64,000 bases of DNA from Octopus vulgaris (lineage: Eukaryota). Location of the stretch: contig OX597834.1 in assembly GCA_951406725.2 (NCBI GenBank), forward strand, positions 35,588,001 to 35,652,000. The letters run 5' to 3'. A program made the position numbers and the translations under genes. This document shows, piece after piece, positions 62,642-64,000 of this stretch. The notes below the pieces were generated by a model that saw only the letters and a list, made by a program, of their open reading frames with translations, ran no database searches and was not told the DNA's origin. Positions within the stretch are counted from its first letter, which is position 1. Each line of letters begins with the position of its first letter.

Positions 62642-63078
62642 CCTCCTTCTTCCCTTCTTTCCTGGGCGTCCAATAATACTTTATTTGTTCCACGTCCTCG
62701 CGTTGCTGTGTTTTTTTTTGTGTTTTCTTGTTTGGATTAACTTTTTATATATATATATACGTTTACACACACATGCACACATAGCTTAAATGATAGATGA
62801 ATAGATGGATAGGTAGGTAGGAAAGTAGGTAGGTAGGTAGACCGACATACCGATAGATAGATAGATAGACGCATGTATGTATGTATGTATGTATGTATTT
62901 ATGGATAGATTGATGGATGGATAGGGAGAGGGAGGGGTAGAAGACGAAGCCGAAAGAATAAGTACAATGTTTGAAAAGAAGATGAGTATAAGAAGCGATT
63001 TTGGAAGAAGCGAGAGGCGAACGGTTGGAAGAGTTAAAAGTTAAAAGGGTATAAAAGACACATGAATAAGCACACTGT

Positions 63079-63119
<41 letters not shown>

Positions 63120-63186
63120 ATATAGCCAATTAGAGGGAGAGAGGGGGCGAAGTGAGAGAATGAGTGAGGGTGAAGCAGAGACAGAG

Positions 63187-63296
<110 letters not shown>

Positions 63297-63300
63297 GGCC

Positions 63301-63351
<51 letters not shown>

Positions 63352-63474
63352 GAAGATAGAGAATGAAAGTCTGAGTGACCGAGTGCAAGAGAGAACGTAG
63401 TTGTATAAAAGTGTATTAGAAAATCTTTGTAACATTAAGAACGTAGGAGATGCCCAGAAACGTACATGTTATGC

Positions 63475-63545
<71 letters not shown>

Positions 63546-63709
63546 CAATAACAAGCGTTTAATCATACGGAGAAGATAAAGGTTTTTGTGAAGAAACTGT
63601 CTGTGGAAATGCCTGGAGACATCGTGGTAGATGGGGGTGGGTGGGTGGATGGGTGGGTGGGGTGAGCGTGCAGCGAGCACCGAGTTTATATAGACAGATA
63701 GACAGATAA

Positions 63710-63756
<47 letters not shown>

Positions 63757-64000
63757 TACACAAACACACAGACACACACACAGACACATACACAGACACA
63801 TACATACACACAAACACACACACACACACACACACAAACACATACACGCGCGCATTCTCTCTGCTTCTCTCTTGATGTATGATGTAATTGTGCGTGTGTA
63901 TGTATGTATATATGTATGTGAATATATATATATGGATATATAAGAATATAAATACACACACACTCATATATATACACACATATATATATATACATATATA

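Overview
AT-rich, microsatellite-saturated animal genomic DNA. Its tRNA-derived SINE families suggest a coleoid cephalopod, most likely Octopus (inference). The window is mostly one large minus-strand gene for a canonical TRP (TRPC3/6/7-like) cation channel. I traced ten coding exons with GT-AG boundaries and consistent phases (54730-55061 down to 4859-4950; 1930 nt), running from ankyrin repeat 1 through the pore helix. The start codon is unresolved, and the S6/TRP-box exons were not found and presumably lie beyond position 1. Introns hold SINEs, (AAT)n-targeted RLE retrotransposon stubs, Penelope-like fragments with minimal hammerhead ribozymes and fold-back hairpins, a Helitron, a MITE and simple repeats. 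Most supplied ORFs are microsatellite artefacts. Most notable: (1) a ~1.29 kb zone with no AG dinucleotide on the sense strand just upstream of the first traced exon, with branch-point and polypyrimidine motifs ~1.05 kb from the acceptor; (2) the conserved selectivity-filter Gly is genomically Ser (AGC), one A-to-I edit from Gly; (3) an intact-core minimal hammerhead on the pre-mRNA strand; (4) a candidate frame-preserving cassette exon.
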